Shown: in pieces, positions 23,950-38,540 of the stretch
Layout: each line of letters begins with the position of its first letter
Position numbering within the stretch: position 1 is the stretch's first letter
Assembly: GCF_009914755.1 (NCBI RefSeq)
Contig: NC_060947.1
Strand: one strand, 5' to 3'
Length of the DNA: 64,000 nt
DNA from: the human T2T-CHM13v2.0 reference genome, Homo sapiens
Notes under the pieces: model-generated
Told to the model about the DNA's origin: nothing
The model's database searches: none
Seen by the model: only the letters and a program-made list of their open reading frames with translations
Made by a program: the position numbers and the translations under genes

Positions 23950-26825
23950 AGGAGGTTCTGGTTCCATGTAAAATGGGGGTAACTCCACCCTGTTTCTCCC
24001 ACTCAATGCAGCTACAAAACCTGGACAGAATGCACGGGGCAGCTATTTGAGGACTCCAAAAATTAAACAGTAGTGGGCAGACTAGGAGAGAAGACAGGCC
24101 AGAATCTGAAGTACTACCAAATTGACACTGAGTTTATCACTTATTTTTCTTCTGTTGTCCCCGACCTAGAATCAAGGCATCCTGAAACATAGAAATGGGT
24201 ACTCAGGCACCGACAGAAAAGCTCTCTAATTCTGTCTTGAAGAGCAAGAAAGAGATCTCCTGATGCTCAGAGAGAGGGTGGTTGGGGGAAGTTCTCTGAG
24301 ATGTTTCCCTTTTCTCTGTGCTTCTGCACTCCAGGACATCCTGCAGTAACTACAGTAGCAGTAGAGACAGCAGCAGCACTGGGGGCCTACGGATGCCTAA
24401 AATTCTGAGGGAGGAGAACCACTGTTTCTGATCAGGATAGTTATGTTCCAAAAGGGCGGGGTGAATCCCCATTGCCTTTTTTCTTTCTATCTGCCCTCCT
24501 GCTGTTTCAGTTCAGGACTGACATAGGTTCAGTTGTTGGAAGTGCACAGCACAGCATAGTTATATAAAGCCCCATCTTTCTTAGACTGTAAGAGGGTCAC
24601 AGCCTGTAAGTTGAGCCCCAGGGAAGAAAAAGTAATGGGGACATTTTGGAAAGTATGAGGAAAACAACCCCATAAAATTGTGAAGTCCTAGGCTCCCTCC
24701 CTAGTTATGCATGTATGGATCTCACACAAAACAATATACCAAAGATTTTGAGAATGAAATTATGGGACAGGACACTGCTTAGGTTCTAAATTGGCTGTGG
24801 GTTTCACGCATATGAGACAGACCTGAATAGCACTGCAAAAGCTTTGGAAACTGAACTGACATTGGAACCACAATTCAAAGAAGGCTGGTTGGAATGTACA
24901 GCCTGAACCCAATCAAGTTGATTGCCTATCACAGCAAAATGAACTACATTCCCTACAGGATGAAAGACACAGAGTCTCATAACCTAGAGTCTTCCAAAAT
25001 GTCCAGGATAAAATCCAAAATTACTCAGCATAGAGAGAACCACAAAAAAAGCTCAACTCTCATGGGAAAAACAACCAACAGAAACAAACGCCAAGATGAC
25101 ACAGACACTGGAATTATCAGAGACTTTAAAGCACTAATAATTAAAGAGTATAATTGGTTTGTTTGTAACAAAAAGAAAGGATAAATGCTTGAGGTGATGG
25201 ATACCCCATTTACCCAGATAGAATTGTTACACATTGTATGCCTGTATCAAAATATCTCATGTACCCTATAAATATATATACCTACTGTGTACCCACAAAC
25301 ATTTTTTAAAAATTTAAAAAGAAGAGAAAATACTCTCAAAATAAATGAGAAGACAGAAAGTCTCAGCAAAGAAATAAAGGATATAAAGAGGAATAAAATG
25401 AAAAATTTAGAAATGAAAAATACAATGATCAAAATAAAAACTCACAAGATGGGCTCAATACAAAAACAGAGATAACAGAGGAAATAGTGAACTTGTTGGG
25501 AGATCAATAGAAATGATCCTATCCAAATAATAGAGACGAAAAAATATTTTTATAAATAACAAACAGAGCCTCAGGGTCCTGTAGGACAATACTAAAAGAG
25601 CTAACATTTGTGTCATTGGAGCCTCAAAAGAAAATGAGAAAGAATATGCTGCAGAAAAAATACGTAAGAAAGTAATGGCTGAAAACCTCCCAAATTTGGC
25701 AAAAGACATAAACCTACAGACTTCAGAAGCTCAGCAAATTTCAAATAGGATAACCCTGAAAAAAATCTGTGCCTAGAAACACCATAATCAAACATCTGAA
25801 AACTAAAGACAAAGAAAAAATCTTGAGAGCCACCAGAGAAAATGACACATGACTTACATGATAATAACAATTTGAATATCAGCAAATTTCTCATCAGAAA
25901 CCATGGAAACCAGAAGGAAGTGAAATGCCTTTTTTTTGAAGTGCTGAAAGAAAAGAATTGTCAATCCAGTCCTTCAGTAATGAGGGTAAAATAAAGACAT
26001 TATCAGATTAACTAAAACCAAGAAAATTTATTGCCAGGAGATGTTTTCTGAAAGAATTGTTAAAGAAAATTCTTCAGACAGATGGGAAATGTCACCAGAG
26101 AGAAAGTTGCAACATCAGGAATGAAAGAAAAGCAATAGAAATGGTAGACATCTGGGTAAATGGAATATTATTTCCTCTTGAGTTCTTTAAAATATGCCTG
26201 ATGATTGAAAGCCAAACATAACATTTTGTGATAGGGTTTTCAATATATGTAGAGGTACTACATAAAAGGCATTTACAGTATAAAGGGGGTAGGGGAAAGG
26301 GACCTATATGGTGGTAATTTTTTTCACTTGAAATAGTAAAATATCGATTTAGAGTAGACTCAGAAAAGTTCAGTGCATATATTATAATCCCTAGAAAAAA
26401 CACAAAAAAATAGTGTTTGTAGTGTTTTCCTTTTCTCTGATCAGTAAAAAACAAACACAATAAAAGTAAAAATAAATAAATAAAAAGGCAGTAAAAATAC
26501 AATAGACAAATTAAAATGGAATATTAAAATATGTCCAAATAATCCAAAAAGGGAAGAAAAAGAAAAACAAAGAAATGAAAAATAGAACAATCACAAAATA
26601 AATAATAAAATAGTAAGTATAAATCTAAACATATCAATAATCACATTAAATGGAAACGTAAAAGTCAAAAATTGTCAGAATGGATTTTTTTGAAAAAGAC
26701 CCAATTATACACTGTCTATAAGAGACTGACTTCAAATATAATGATATAGGTATGTTAAAGGGATGAAAAAAGATATATTAATACCATGCCAATACTAATA
26801 AAAACAAAGCTGGAGTGACTATATT
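23950..26825 (+). mobile_element. Ancient L1M 5' portion (5'UTR, ORF1 remnant, start of ORF2 endonuclease)
   Basis: ORF1-like ctaacatttgtgtcattggag...gtaatggctgaaaacctcccaaatttgg; EN-like gacccaattatacactgtctataagagac...aaagctggagtgactata. Many stops. Confidence 0.75.
25135..25322 (+). mobile_element. Short L1MA 3' fragment nested in the L1M
   Basis: ggataaatgcttgaggtgatggataccccatttaccc...tatctcatgtaccctataaatatatatacc plus A-rich tail. Confidence 0.8.
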
Positions 26826-28499
26826 TAAAGAACAGATACTGGCAAAGTGGCATGCTGCTGAATCTAAGCTACATGTCACCAATAATTACTTAATAACTCT
26901 TTTATTTACATTCTTTCCCAGAAAAGTTTTACCTCATCTCACTTATAGACCTTCCAGACATCCAGATACTAAAAAGCTTCCTAGCACTAGCTAGACAATT
27001 TTTTGTGAAATGTTCACAGGTTTTGAATTAGAATCTTCCAGACTATTCTATCTAATGGCTTACCTTAAGAACATAAGACATAACATCCTTCTCAACTCTG
27101 TTAGGTGAGCGACAGTTTTCCAGGTAGATTTCTGTTTCCTATAAAAAAAAATGTTATTTTCTCATTTTCATTTTACAATGATAATTACACCTACCTGATA
27201 TGGCTGTACATACTAAAATGAGATACCTTATGATACATGTTTAGCACAGTGCTTGCCACATAGTGGGTACACAATGAACATAGTTTCATTCCTCTTCATT
27301 TGCATGCCTTAGAGTTATGTTTGCTAAGTAAATTGAGAGTAAGGTCTGAAGTCTCAGATAAGGTTTTATAATGGGTATGTAATGATCTTGGCCTCGAGGA
27401 GAAGCCAAGGATTGGATGGAAAGTAAAAAAGAAGAAAGACCTCCCAGGCAGGCCCTAGTAATAAGATAGCATGAAGGTAATCTTTGAAGTCCCAGGCAGC
27501 CAAAGGTAGGATTAATGAGTAAAGAACACTTGACAAGTAGTAGGGATATTGATTTGGAATGTAGCCTTAAGGAAACACAATGAAAAAAGTCTTACATTTG
27601 TGGATTTGAGTTGACTTCAGGCTAGCCCATGGCCACATGGAGAAATACGCAATATTTTTCTTTGGTGCTTTTCCATTACTTATTTTTGCTGTCATTTCTA
27701 TCCTTTCAGCATCTCTTTCAAGGACTCTAGTGTACTACTTATGCTCACTTATTTGGGAGGAAAGTGGGATGAAAAATATCTAATTTATACTAAGGAGTTT
27801 TTGACCTAATGGATTAACCCTTCTAAATCATCATCAGTTTAAAAGAGAACCTTGGTTTGCCTTGTGATTAATCAAGAGAAAAGACTCTTCAGTGATTCAA
27901 TTTCCAGCACTTCTAAGTAAGGAAGATTTTTTTTTTATCAGAAAGGCTATCAACTCAAATCATAACAAAAAGAAAACTACCCACTTCATTTATGGGTGGG
28001 AAGAACCCAAATTTATAGATCTAGACATGCACAGTCCAGATATAATCATGCTTTAGTGTCAACATTTTAAATGAGGCTTTGGAAGACTTTGCCTCAATTC
28101 CTCCTATACAGGTGTTACTGCTGAGCAATAGGGAGAAGCACTTCAGGGATTCCTGGCTGATACAAAGAAATGGAGAAGTAGGCAAATGAGGAAAGTCAAC
28201 ACCCAAGATAACAGTACCGTATTAAATTCAAAGGGCCAGAGGCATGATTGCCAACCATCCTTCATGTTTGAACTTAGGAGAAGATGAAGTTCAAACTAAG
28301 AAATTGTTAGGAGCAACTGTTAAGTCCAAGGTGGTTATGGTGACCAGTCCATCCATGACATCTGCAGCTTATGTTTCCTCAGTGACTGCCAGTTGTAACT
28401 AGCTTCAAAGGTTAAAAAAAGAGCAAGTGTAGCAAATGCAGCAATAGACTTCTGATGCTATAGGGAAAGTTTAAATAAATATTAGAGCAGAATTGGTAG

Positions 28500-28710
28500 C
28501 TATTAGAACACTGAAGTTATGAAGCTAGTAGAATACAGAAGTTATGACACATGCTACCACAGGAGGTAGTAAAATCACTATTTAAAGACTCATTAGACAC
28601 TCATTTTTAAGACAGGATTTAAGAAAAATAATGAGATCTATCTTGTGGTAGTCCTGAGATATGAGCTAAATAACCCACGAGAGGTCCCTTCAAATCCAAG
28701 CAATTCTGTT
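28500..28710 (+). mobile_element. Possible L3/CR1 3' end
   Basis: gaggtcccttcaaatccaagcaattctgt resembles the CR1/L3 terminus; highly degenerate. Confidence 0.4.
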
Positions 28711-30678
28711 TAAACGTTAAAACCCATCTGCTAGAATGGAAATTAAATCCGATAAGCATTTTCCTTAGAAAAACATTGCTTTGTATGAGCAATGGTCTGT
28801 TTGCTCTTCTCTTTCTCTCTTTTCATCCCTTCCAAATTAAAAACTGGCTCAAACCTATCTCAAAAGTAATTTTCTTGATATTAACCCCTAACAATAGGAT
28901 TCATATCATAATATACCAAGAATGTCCAATAGGCTACATCTTGATAAAGGATTCCTGAACTTTGTATTGGGAAATATTCTGAAGCTGCATTTAGAGAGCT
29001 ATGGCTTATTAGCAATGCCTGCCCTGTGCAGGAAGGGGGATTAGAGCATGCTTACCAGGTGTTTGTTACTCTGCCTATATAACAAACAACCCAAGGAGTA
29101 TTGATAATTAAAAGCAATAAACAGTCAATCTAATATTTTAATATTCTGAGGCATATATGATCTCATGGGCATCAATGAGATTTGATGCATGGTATAATGG
29201 ACTCCTTCTGAGAATATGGAAATAAGAGGCTAGTCATTGTTTAAAACAAAGAGATTCAATAGAAGAGGAAAAGATGTAACACTGGTACACTAGGAATAGA
29301 TAAACCTTTTTTGCAAGTCTACTATTCTAAGGTTGGAACCCTAAGGAAAACGTTTAGGTATAATTTAAAGGAGAAAGGAAACAGAACTCATATTGCTATT
29401 GCCATATACTACACTGCACGGCCTAATGGAGGACACATGGTATTCTTCTAATATTGATTACAAAACTGATTTTAAAGGCATAGATAGAGCTGAACTTGAA
29501 TCATCATCCATTTGAAAAGCCATGCCATTAACCACAAAGCTATACTGCCTAAACCTTAGCTGGGACTCTGACCTCTCAATGCTTAATAACTTTTATTTCT
29601 TTTGATAGCCTGGTCTACACAGATATCTAAAGGCCTTCAAGGTTCACAAGGTAAATCTTGCTGATAAAATCACATTGGTTTCCTGAAAAAGTTTTTCAGG
29701 GGATTCAACCCAGAATGTCTCAAGCCTGGAGTCAGCAACGATATCTTCGCTCTTCCATTTAAAGTTGTGAAGATCTATTTTGTGGTTCTGGTGGTTGTGG
29801 TAATGTGGAAGACCCTAGTAGAGCACACTCCTCCAGCCTCCTATCTGCTTTATCTGAGACAAGTCAAGTGTGTGTGGCAGTTGGGGATGAAGTGAGGAGA
29901 GTTGAGGGGATGTTGCCTGACATGTTGTTGGAACTCAAAAATTTATCAAAAGAATAAATAGTTGAATGAATGAGTGGAAGTATTGAGACCACCTTAAATA
30001 GTGGAAAGAAACGTGCCTGCTGGCCGTAGAACAATAGACATGACAAGCCAGAAAAACAGAAGCAGGCTAGTGTAGATAAGATTAGTACTTTCCTACTTTA
30101 CTATCAGCAACCATCCTCCTAAGACCAGAAAACTGGGACAGTTTTGCTTAGGAGGCATGTATGTCTGTGGGATAATGCCAAGACAGAAAGGCTAACCCTT
30201 CAAATTAGTAGAGGGCAGTTTATGTGGGCATGATGACATTTGGCAGCACTTAATTTCGGCATTCTCTAGCATGTACAGCATGGAATAAGAGGGTCATATA
30301 GAAGACCATTTAAGTGTACAGTTTGTTCTAACTGTGAATCTGGGCTTGGACAAATAGACTTTCTTCTTTTTAATAATACACTGGTATGTTTGGAGATAAA
30401 CAACATCTAAAACTTATGAACCTTTAACAATTTTATTGGAGGAAACAATTGTGGTTAGTTTTAGTGATCAAAGAAAAACTTGAAATCATTTTGGAATAAG
30501 AAATTGATTTTGTTTTTAATTGGCTATTTTCTGAATTTCTCATTTTGGATTTTAAGCTGTGCTGCTGTTCTTTTAAAGAAAGAAAGTGCTTGATGGTGTT
30601 TGAACATCTAAGTAAATTAGGGTATAAGGCTGTATGAATTTGGGTATGTTTAAGCTTCATTTTAAAAGTGGCTGTGCA

Positions 30679-31713
30679 AAAACAAAAATTGACAAATGGG
30701 ACTTAATTAAACTAAACAGCTTCTGCACAGCAAAAGAAACTATGAACAGAGCAAACAGACAACATACAGAATAAGAGAAAATATTTGCAAACTATGCATC
30801 TAACAAAGGTCTAATATCCTCAACCTATAAGGAACTTAAATTTAAAAGCAAAAAACAACCCCATTCAAAAGTGGGCAAAGGACATAAACAGGCCCTTCTG
30901 AAAAGAAGACATACACGTGGCCAACAAACATATTTTAAAAATGCTTAATGTCACTAATCATTAGAGAAATGCAAATCAAAACCACAATGGGATACCATCT
31001 CACACCAGTCAGAATGGCTATTATTAAAAAGTCAAAAAAGAACAGACTGCTGAGGTTGTGGAGGAAAGAGAATGCTTATACACTGCTAGTCGGAATGTAA
31101 GTTAGTTCAATTGTTGTGGAAAGCAGTTTGGCAATTTCTCAAAGGATGTAGAACTACCATTTCACCCAGCAATCCCATTATTGGGTATATACCCAGAGGA
31201 ATATAAATTGTTCTACCATAAAGTCACATGCACACATATATTCATTGCAGCACTATCTACAATAGCAAATACAGGGAATCAACCTAAATGCTCATCAATG
31301 GTACACTGGATAAAGAAAATGTACATATACACCATGGAATACTATGCAGCCATAAAAAAGAATCAGGTCATGTCCTTTGTAGCAACATGGATGGAGCTGA
31401 AGGCCATTATCCTAAGCGAACTAATACAGGAACAGAAAACCAAATACCACATGTTCTCATTTATAAATGGGATCTAAACAATGAGCACATATGGTCACAA
31501 AGAAGGGAACATTAGACACCAGAGCCTACTTGAGGGTGGAGGGTAGGAGGAGGATAAGAATAAAAAAACTACCTATTGGGTACTATGCTTATTACCTGGG
31601 TGATGAAATAATCTGTACCCTAAACCCCAGCAATAAGCAATATACCTATATAACAAACCTGCATATGCACCCCTGAACCTAAAAGTTAAAAAAAATAAAT
31701 GAATTAGTAAAAG
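30679..31713 (+). mobile_element. 5'-truncated L1 (L1PA15/16-like)
   Basis: ORF 31181-31477 is the ORF2 C-terminus; 3'UTR and tail present. TSD AAAGTGGCTG(TG/CA)CA at 30665-30678 and 31714-31727. Confidence 0.92.
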
Positions 31714-32447
31714 AAAGTGGCTGCACAGAGGATATACAGTCTTGGGAATGACTGGTGTCTAGAATCTGCTACCAGAATAAGTTTTGCCTCGGTGAATACT
31801 GATTTTGCTTTGCATTTATTTAGACAATGCTTCTGCCTTTTATGTTTTATCGTTTTCAGTTATTCACAAGCATAATATTATGAAATTAAATCTATAACAA
31901 TAATCTCCATTTGGGTTTTGATATCATTCTAATTGAAATAGCTCACTATCCACTTGGTGAAGTTATGCAGAAGATAAAGACATTCTCAGCTCCAACTTAC
32001 TCATTATCATGGATTGTTGTTGATTAAGAAAAGGTACTTTATACTACCAGCCATCCTTCACAGAGGCTCTATATAACTTGTTATACTGCTTAATTCAATC
32101 CATAATTGAGAAATAGGCAGAAATATTTAATTCACTCTGTGGTCTTGGGCCCAGAATACAACTGAGTTTTCTCGGGAATTAGAAAAACTAGGAATTTGTA
32201 AAATGCATGTTTTCATGTTTAATTAGGGGAAATATGTAATTATGTCTTTTTGAGCTGAGAATGAATTTTCATAGAACTCATAATTCCTGGGTATTCTCCA
32301 TTTATGGCAAGGCAGACTATTAAGTGCTGGGAAATTAAAGCTGTCCAAGAGCAGCCCTCCTCCAATGAGGGATGAAAATTGATTGGATAAGTACCCCAGC
32401 TCTCAAGCTCCTCAGATGGGATAACTCTAAGGTGCATGTTCTACATT

Positions 32448-32808
32448 ACAGGACAGCAAACTATTTCTGTTAGGGGACAGATACTAAATATTTTAGGCCT
32501 TGCTAGTGACATCATCTCTATTACAATTACTCAACTCTGCTGTACAGAGATTACAGCAATGTACAGAGTTGTAATTTTGTACAACAAAACTAGCCATAAA
32601 TGATTTGTAAATAAATGAGCATGGCTGCATTTCAACAAAACTTTATTTATGAATACTAAAATTTGATTTTTTGGAGGTAATTTACATATCACAAATTTCT
32701 TCTTTTGATATTCTTTAACCATTAAAACCATAAAAATCATTCTTAGCTTACAAGCTATACAAAACGAGGCTAGATTTGGCCCATGGATTGTAGTTTGCCA
32801 ACCCGTGT
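32448..32808 (+). mobile_element. MER58B (hAT-Charlie)
   Basis: cagcaaactatttctgt...taaatattttaggc and gatttggcccatggattgtagtttgccaaccc termini. Confidence 0.8.
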
Positions 32809-32892
32809 TCTATATTATCTCTTGAAGTTTCTCTGGAGATTATACAGTGGTATCTTCAGTGGTATCTTGCTGGAGAACTTGGTATTGTTTTC

Positions 32893-33199
32893 CTTTTTTT
32901 TTTTTTTTTTTTTTTTGAGACAAGGTCTTGCTCTGCCACCCAGGCTGGACTGCAGTGGCATGATCATGGCTCACTATAGCCTTGACTTCCCAGGCTCAGG
33001 TGATTCTCCCACCCCAGCCTCCCGAGTAGCTGGGATTATAGGCACGTGCCAGCACACCTGGCTAATTTTTGTATTTTTTGTAGAGACAGGGTTTTGCCAT
33101 GTCGCCCAGGCTGGTCTATAACTCCTGGGCTCAAGTGATCCACCTGCCTTGGTCTCCCTAAGTACTGAGATTACAGGCATGAACCACCAAACCCAGCCC
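32893..33199 (-). mobile_element. AluJ
   Basis: T-tail then reverse Alu with J-type diagnostics (atcatggctcact, cctgggctcaagtgatcc). Confidence 0.95.
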
Positions 33200-33438
33200 A
33201 TTTTCCTCTTCTTACCTGTCTCACTTCCCCATTCACCTAACAGTGTTCCCTGGAATCACCTCCCAAACAAGCTACATGCATTTGAATACTTGTCTTGCGG
33301 TTTCCTTCTTGGGGAAACAAAACTAAGAACTGGGCTGATTAATCACTGAATTGAATATTTGTTGCTCGGCATCATGAAGACCACAGGAAAGAGTCCTAGA
33401 ATTCTAAGAACAGATGCAATTAAAGGCTCTTTCCAGTA

Positions 33439-34668
33439 CAGTCATGAGTGGCTTAATGATGGGGATACGTTCTGAGAAATGCAGTGTCAGTAGATTTTGT
33501 CCTTGTGTGAACATCATAGAGTGTTCTTACACAAACCTAGATGACATAGCCTACTACACACGAGGCCATGTGATATGGCCTATGGCTTCTAGGCTACAAA
33601 CCTGTACAGCATGTGACTGTACTGAATACTGTAGGCAACTATAACACAAAGGTAAGTATTTATGTATCTACACATAGGAAAGGTACAACAAAAATATGGT
33701 ATAAAAATGGTACACCTGTATAGGATACTTAACCATAAACGGAGCTTACAGGACTGGACATTGCTCTGGGTGAGTCAGTGAGTGAGTAGTGAGTGAATGT
33801 GAAGGCCTAGGACATTACTGTGCATTACTGTAGATATTATAAACACTGTACACTTAGACTGCAACAAATTTATAAAAATATTTTTCTTTCTTCAATAATA
33901 AATTAACCTTAGCTTACCGTAACCTTTTTACTTTATAAACTTAAAAAATTTTTAATTTTTTTACTGTTTTGTAATAACAGTGTAAGATACACTTTATATA
34001 GCTGTACAAAGATAACTTTCTTTATATCCTTATTCTATAAGCTTTTTTCTATTTCTAAAATTATTTCTTTTTTTACTTTTTAAACTTTTTGTTAAAAACA
34101 AAAATACAATCACACACATTAGCCAAGGCTTACATAGGGTCAGGATCATCAATGTTCCCATCTTCCACCTCCACATCTTGTCCCACTGGAAGGTCTTCAG
34201 GGGCAAAAACATGCACAGAGCTGTCATCTCCTATGATAACAATGCCTTCTGGAATACCTCCTGAAGGACCTGCCTGAGGCTGTCTTACAGTTAACTTTTT
34301 TTTTTATCAGTAGTAGGAGTACATTCTAAAATAAAGATAAAAGTACAGTACAGTAAATATATAAACCAGTTACAGTGATTTATTATCATATTTAAGTATT
34401 ATGTACCCTACATAATTGTATGTGCTATACTTTTATATGACTGGCAGTACAGTAGGTTGTCTAAACCAGCATCACCACAATGATGTAATGCATTGTACTA
34501 TGACATTATGATGGCTACAATGTCACTAGGCACACATCATAGGAATTTTTCAGCTCCTTTATAATCTTATGGGACCACTGTCATATATGTGGTCCATGGT
34601 TGACTGAAAGATAATTTCAAGAGTCAGTGACATAATTGCCCATTGAAGTTATGTGGTCCATGACTTAT
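33439..34668 (+). mobile_element. Tigger3b-like (TcMar-Tigger) non-autonomous DNA transposon
   Basis: TA|cagtcatg...ggggatacgttctgagaaatgc start; ataatcttatgggaccactgtcatatatgtggtcc...catgact end; about 1.2 kb. Confidence 0.85.
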
Positions 34669-36377
34669 ATTCTCAGACTCGTTGTGTAGTGGGTTAAAGG
34701 AATAACCTTTATCATTGCAATCTTCTGACTTGCACCTGAGGTAAAACTGGGAGTGTTAATACCTGCAATGAGCCCAAGGCAGCCATTTCATCTTCTTGGA
34801 TCCATCACTCCCGACTCTCATGCTGGGTTTATCAGCAGTGAGGACCTAAAGGTTCCTCACAGCAGCAGGTGCCGGTGACTCAGAGTCAACAGAGTCGTGT
34901 AACAGTCTGCAGGAATCCAGGGGCATTAGGCATGATGATAACTATTGCAGCAATCTCTGTAGCCACAGGGATTTATGAAATGTGTTTTCTTCCCAAAGCT
35001 CCCTGCAAATAACCAAAGCATTGAATTATCTCTAGATCAAGAACAGCAGGTGGTTAGACAGGACATTCATTTTTTGGTTCCATCTCACTCATTTTATGTA
35101 GTAATTGCTTTCTCTGCAAATTGAAAAAGCTTTCCTCGCCCCGTTCTCTGCTGTTCCAGATGGCTGTACCCTCTCAACCTGGCAGGTGCCTGCCTGCCTG
35201 TTGGCAGTGAGGCTGTGAACTTACTAAGTGCAGCATTTTCCAATCTCCAGACACAAATGAAGTGATGTTGATTCTCTACTAATGTCAGGCTTCTCTGAGG
35301 AAAGGATAGGCCATGACATGTGGACTACAAGAAATTTTGAAGCTATTTCAGGCTCTAAAGTACTAGAGACTTGTGCATGGTTTAATAAAAACCGATTTCC
35401 TCTAGTCCTACTTATTATTCAACATACAACAAAAACATAATTGTAAACTTAAAAGTAAAAAAAGCTGACAACCCAGAACCAGCTCTGGGGTATTTACAAG
35501 TTCTAACAAAATCCCTCCAAAATGTGTTTTAATTGGGCTTCTATTAGCAAGTCTAATCCACTGGGACTCCCTAATTACTAAGGTAAGTCTTAACTCCCTT
35601 TCATCATTATTCTCTCTTTCAGTCCAAAATAGAAAGAAATAAATCCTTCTTAAGATCAAATTTTAACTTGAATTTGAGTCCAGCAAAGTAAGCTATCACT
35701 GGTTGTTTTTGAGCCTAACCCTCTAGAGAGCTTCATTTTAAAATTCAAATACAAGGAGATTATTTATCAGTGTGGTTCTGGCAGTGACATAATTGCCCCT
35801 TGAAGTAAACAAGTTGGCAGCCTTGCAAAAGAGGAAGTGATTGTTATTTATTTATTTATTTTGTATGGGAATTAGGTTCTGCAAACAAATCCCTTTGACT
35901 ACTGAGGCTTAAAAAATGCTGTATGGTGTTCAAGTGAAAAAGCAACATGAAGCCAGTGAATGGCCATGGTCACAGGGTGGGAAGTGAAGCCATAGTAATA
36001 AAAACCAAAGTGCCAGGAAGTGGCAAACCAATGCCCAGAGCTATAAGCCTGCTGAAATTTCTAGTCTAGGTTCCACATTCCTTCTTGAAAAATACCTTCC
36101 TCTTGATCAGACACACAAAGGTCTGTGTTTCTGTGGTGTTATAGCATGCAGCTGGGATAGAGTAGGGTGAGAACTGGCTCAGGCATGGGACATCCAGGTT
36201 ATCTTCCTGCCTGTAATAGTCTCTGGGACCATATGCTGCAAGCTGAGGCAGAGGAGAGAGAAGAGCTATTTCTTACCATCATTTAGCTGCCAAGTCCTGG
36301 CATGCTTTCACCAAATTACATAACTAGAGACAGCAGGTGTGTTTCAGAAGCACATGGACCATCACCCCACCTCCCCA

Positions 36378-36402
36378 ACACACACACACACACACACACA
36401 CA
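36378..36402. repeat. (CA)n microsatellite
   Basis: Seen directly. Confidence 0.9.
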
Positions 36403-38540
36403 TACACCCCTCACCTAGATCTCTCTCCAGGTCCACCCCATCAACTATGTTCCCATCTGCTTATTAATGCTGGAAAATTCACAGCTAGTGTTTCATTCCT
36501 TGGATGTAAGCCTCTGGTTTTTAGTAATGTGCATATAATCCTGGGATATATGACATCTGAATCCCTTCACTTTTTAATTCAAACAAACCGACAATGTTTG
36601 CTGTAAATAACTCATTCAAAATGCTCACAAAATTAAAGGGATAAGCTCTATTAATCACATCTACTTTACTGTATACATGTCGAGGGAGGGTGAGGCAAAG
36701 AATGATGCAGGAAGAGGAGGCTGTGTGATCTACCTAATGATCAGGTTGACAGAAATAAAAACTACCATTATTTTAGCCAACTCAACCTCTAATTGCCATA
36801 AACAAGATTCTACACAGGTGTTCATTCTTTATACTTTCCAAGCCTTACTCTTTTCTATGAATGATATGTATAATAGAATAAAATTTTAAAATGAAATTCA
36901 GATCAAATACCCTGTTTGGGGACCTGGAAATAAAATTCATCAGAAAACTCTATGTGATTGTATCTGTTTGGCCAACAGAGATATTGTTATATGGCATTTC
37001 TCCAAGTTCCCACTCTTATTTATATCACTTTCCTATCCTCATAACATCTGTGCTTTTAGGAGTGTAGTAATATACTTAACTGAATACATTTCTGCTTAGC
37101 CAGGAGGAGATGCATAAAGATGTGGAAATACAGAAATTGCGATATCATGATAGCATAGGGAAAGAGGAACACTCATAAACAGAGCAAAAGTTGGTGGAAA
37201 AATGTGGCCATTTTATCAAAATGTATTATGTGATATAATTTAATGTAGTAGTACTTTTCCCAGAAACTTCATTGTATAAAAGCACCTTAACAAACAAGTG
37301 GACTGAGGTACAAGATATATACAAGATACAAAAATATTCATTGTAACATTGCAAATGTGGCAAATGCTGGAAACATCCTAAGTGCTCATTAGTAGGTTAA
37401 ATAAATTATGATTTATTTACATGATGGAATCTAAAGCCACTAAAATATTTAAATAAGTGGATAAAATACCTAAGATATTTTATTAACTGTATGTGTATGG
37501 TCATACATAATTTTTTTACAAGTAAAAATGGGCATGCACATTTTCCTGTGATTACCTGTAAGAAGAGGGATGTTGGCAGGGGAAAAAACTTACTTTTAAT
37601 TTCACGGTCTTCTGAACCTTTAAATTTTCTTGTTGCAAGTGATCATTCATTACTTATATGAGATAATAATAAGAAAATAAAGAAAAACAAAAAATGGGAA
37701 AAGGAGAAAAGCAAATTGCCCTTCTGGAAGCATATCTAGGTGTCATTTTGGCCTACATTCTCTCTTGGAGAGTGGCAATACTGGGTTAGAAGAGATCAGC
37801 ACTGTCTTCCCTGATGTGCCCTGAACATCACTGTCCCTGCATGTTTTATATATTCGTCACCATAAACTAATATCTATCTTATTTGGATCAATGTAAACAG
37901 CTCATAGTACCTCTTGGGGTAACAAATTTCATAAGTTTATCACCCTGACTTCACAGCTATCAGTGTGCAGAGAAGACTATGACTCTAAACTTAGTCCCTT
38001 CAATCTTTAAGAGCTGTTTTCCAGGTGCAGGATTATAAAGGCTTGATGAGTAAGTCAGTGATCATCCCTCTATGTCTTTCAGAAATGTGTAGTCTTTGAC
38101 TCTGTTACTCAGCTTTGCTTTTCCAAGCAGAAGTATCACAAATCTTCCATCTGCCTTCAAAGAGAGAGATCACCAGTTTGTCCAATCTATTAGCTGCCCT
38201 TCTCTGGGAACTTTCCACCTCCAATATGAATTTTTTTAGAGATTTTAGAATCAGAATTGCAAATGTTTTTCCCAGCATAGTTGGGCAGGGATTTTATACA
38301 ATGTTCGCTGTTTTGTTTCCACTGCCTTTTTTCTTGACAAGTCCAACTGCTTGGCCAGCTTTTTGGAACAAGTTATCCAACTCCTTTTAGCCATTCTTTT
38401 CCCTCTGCAAGACACCAAAACCTCCAGATAAAAATGAAAAATGTTCAGATGTGTCTAAATCATTGAATCCCAGAATAGAACTCAAAGGGTCATTAGATAT
38501 AATCTAGTCCAAACCTCCTATTTTATAAATGGGAGAAACT

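Larger units (their letters stand above)
32340..33330 (+). mobile_element. MLT1 LTR hosting a MER58B and an AluJ
   Basis: ataagtaccccagctctc...gataactctaaggtgcatgttcta and 3' end ttgtcttgcggtttccttcttggggaaacaaaactaaga. Confidence 0.6.

Noticed and set aside
29480-29790. Stretch that looked like decayed coding or LINE sequence on the minus strand
   Set aside because: Only a ~43-codon open stretch with no recognisable motif; it needs a TBLASTX/Dfam search.
32845-32868. CAGTGGTATCTT tandem duplicate
   Set aside because: Trivial 12-bp slippage within an old LTR.
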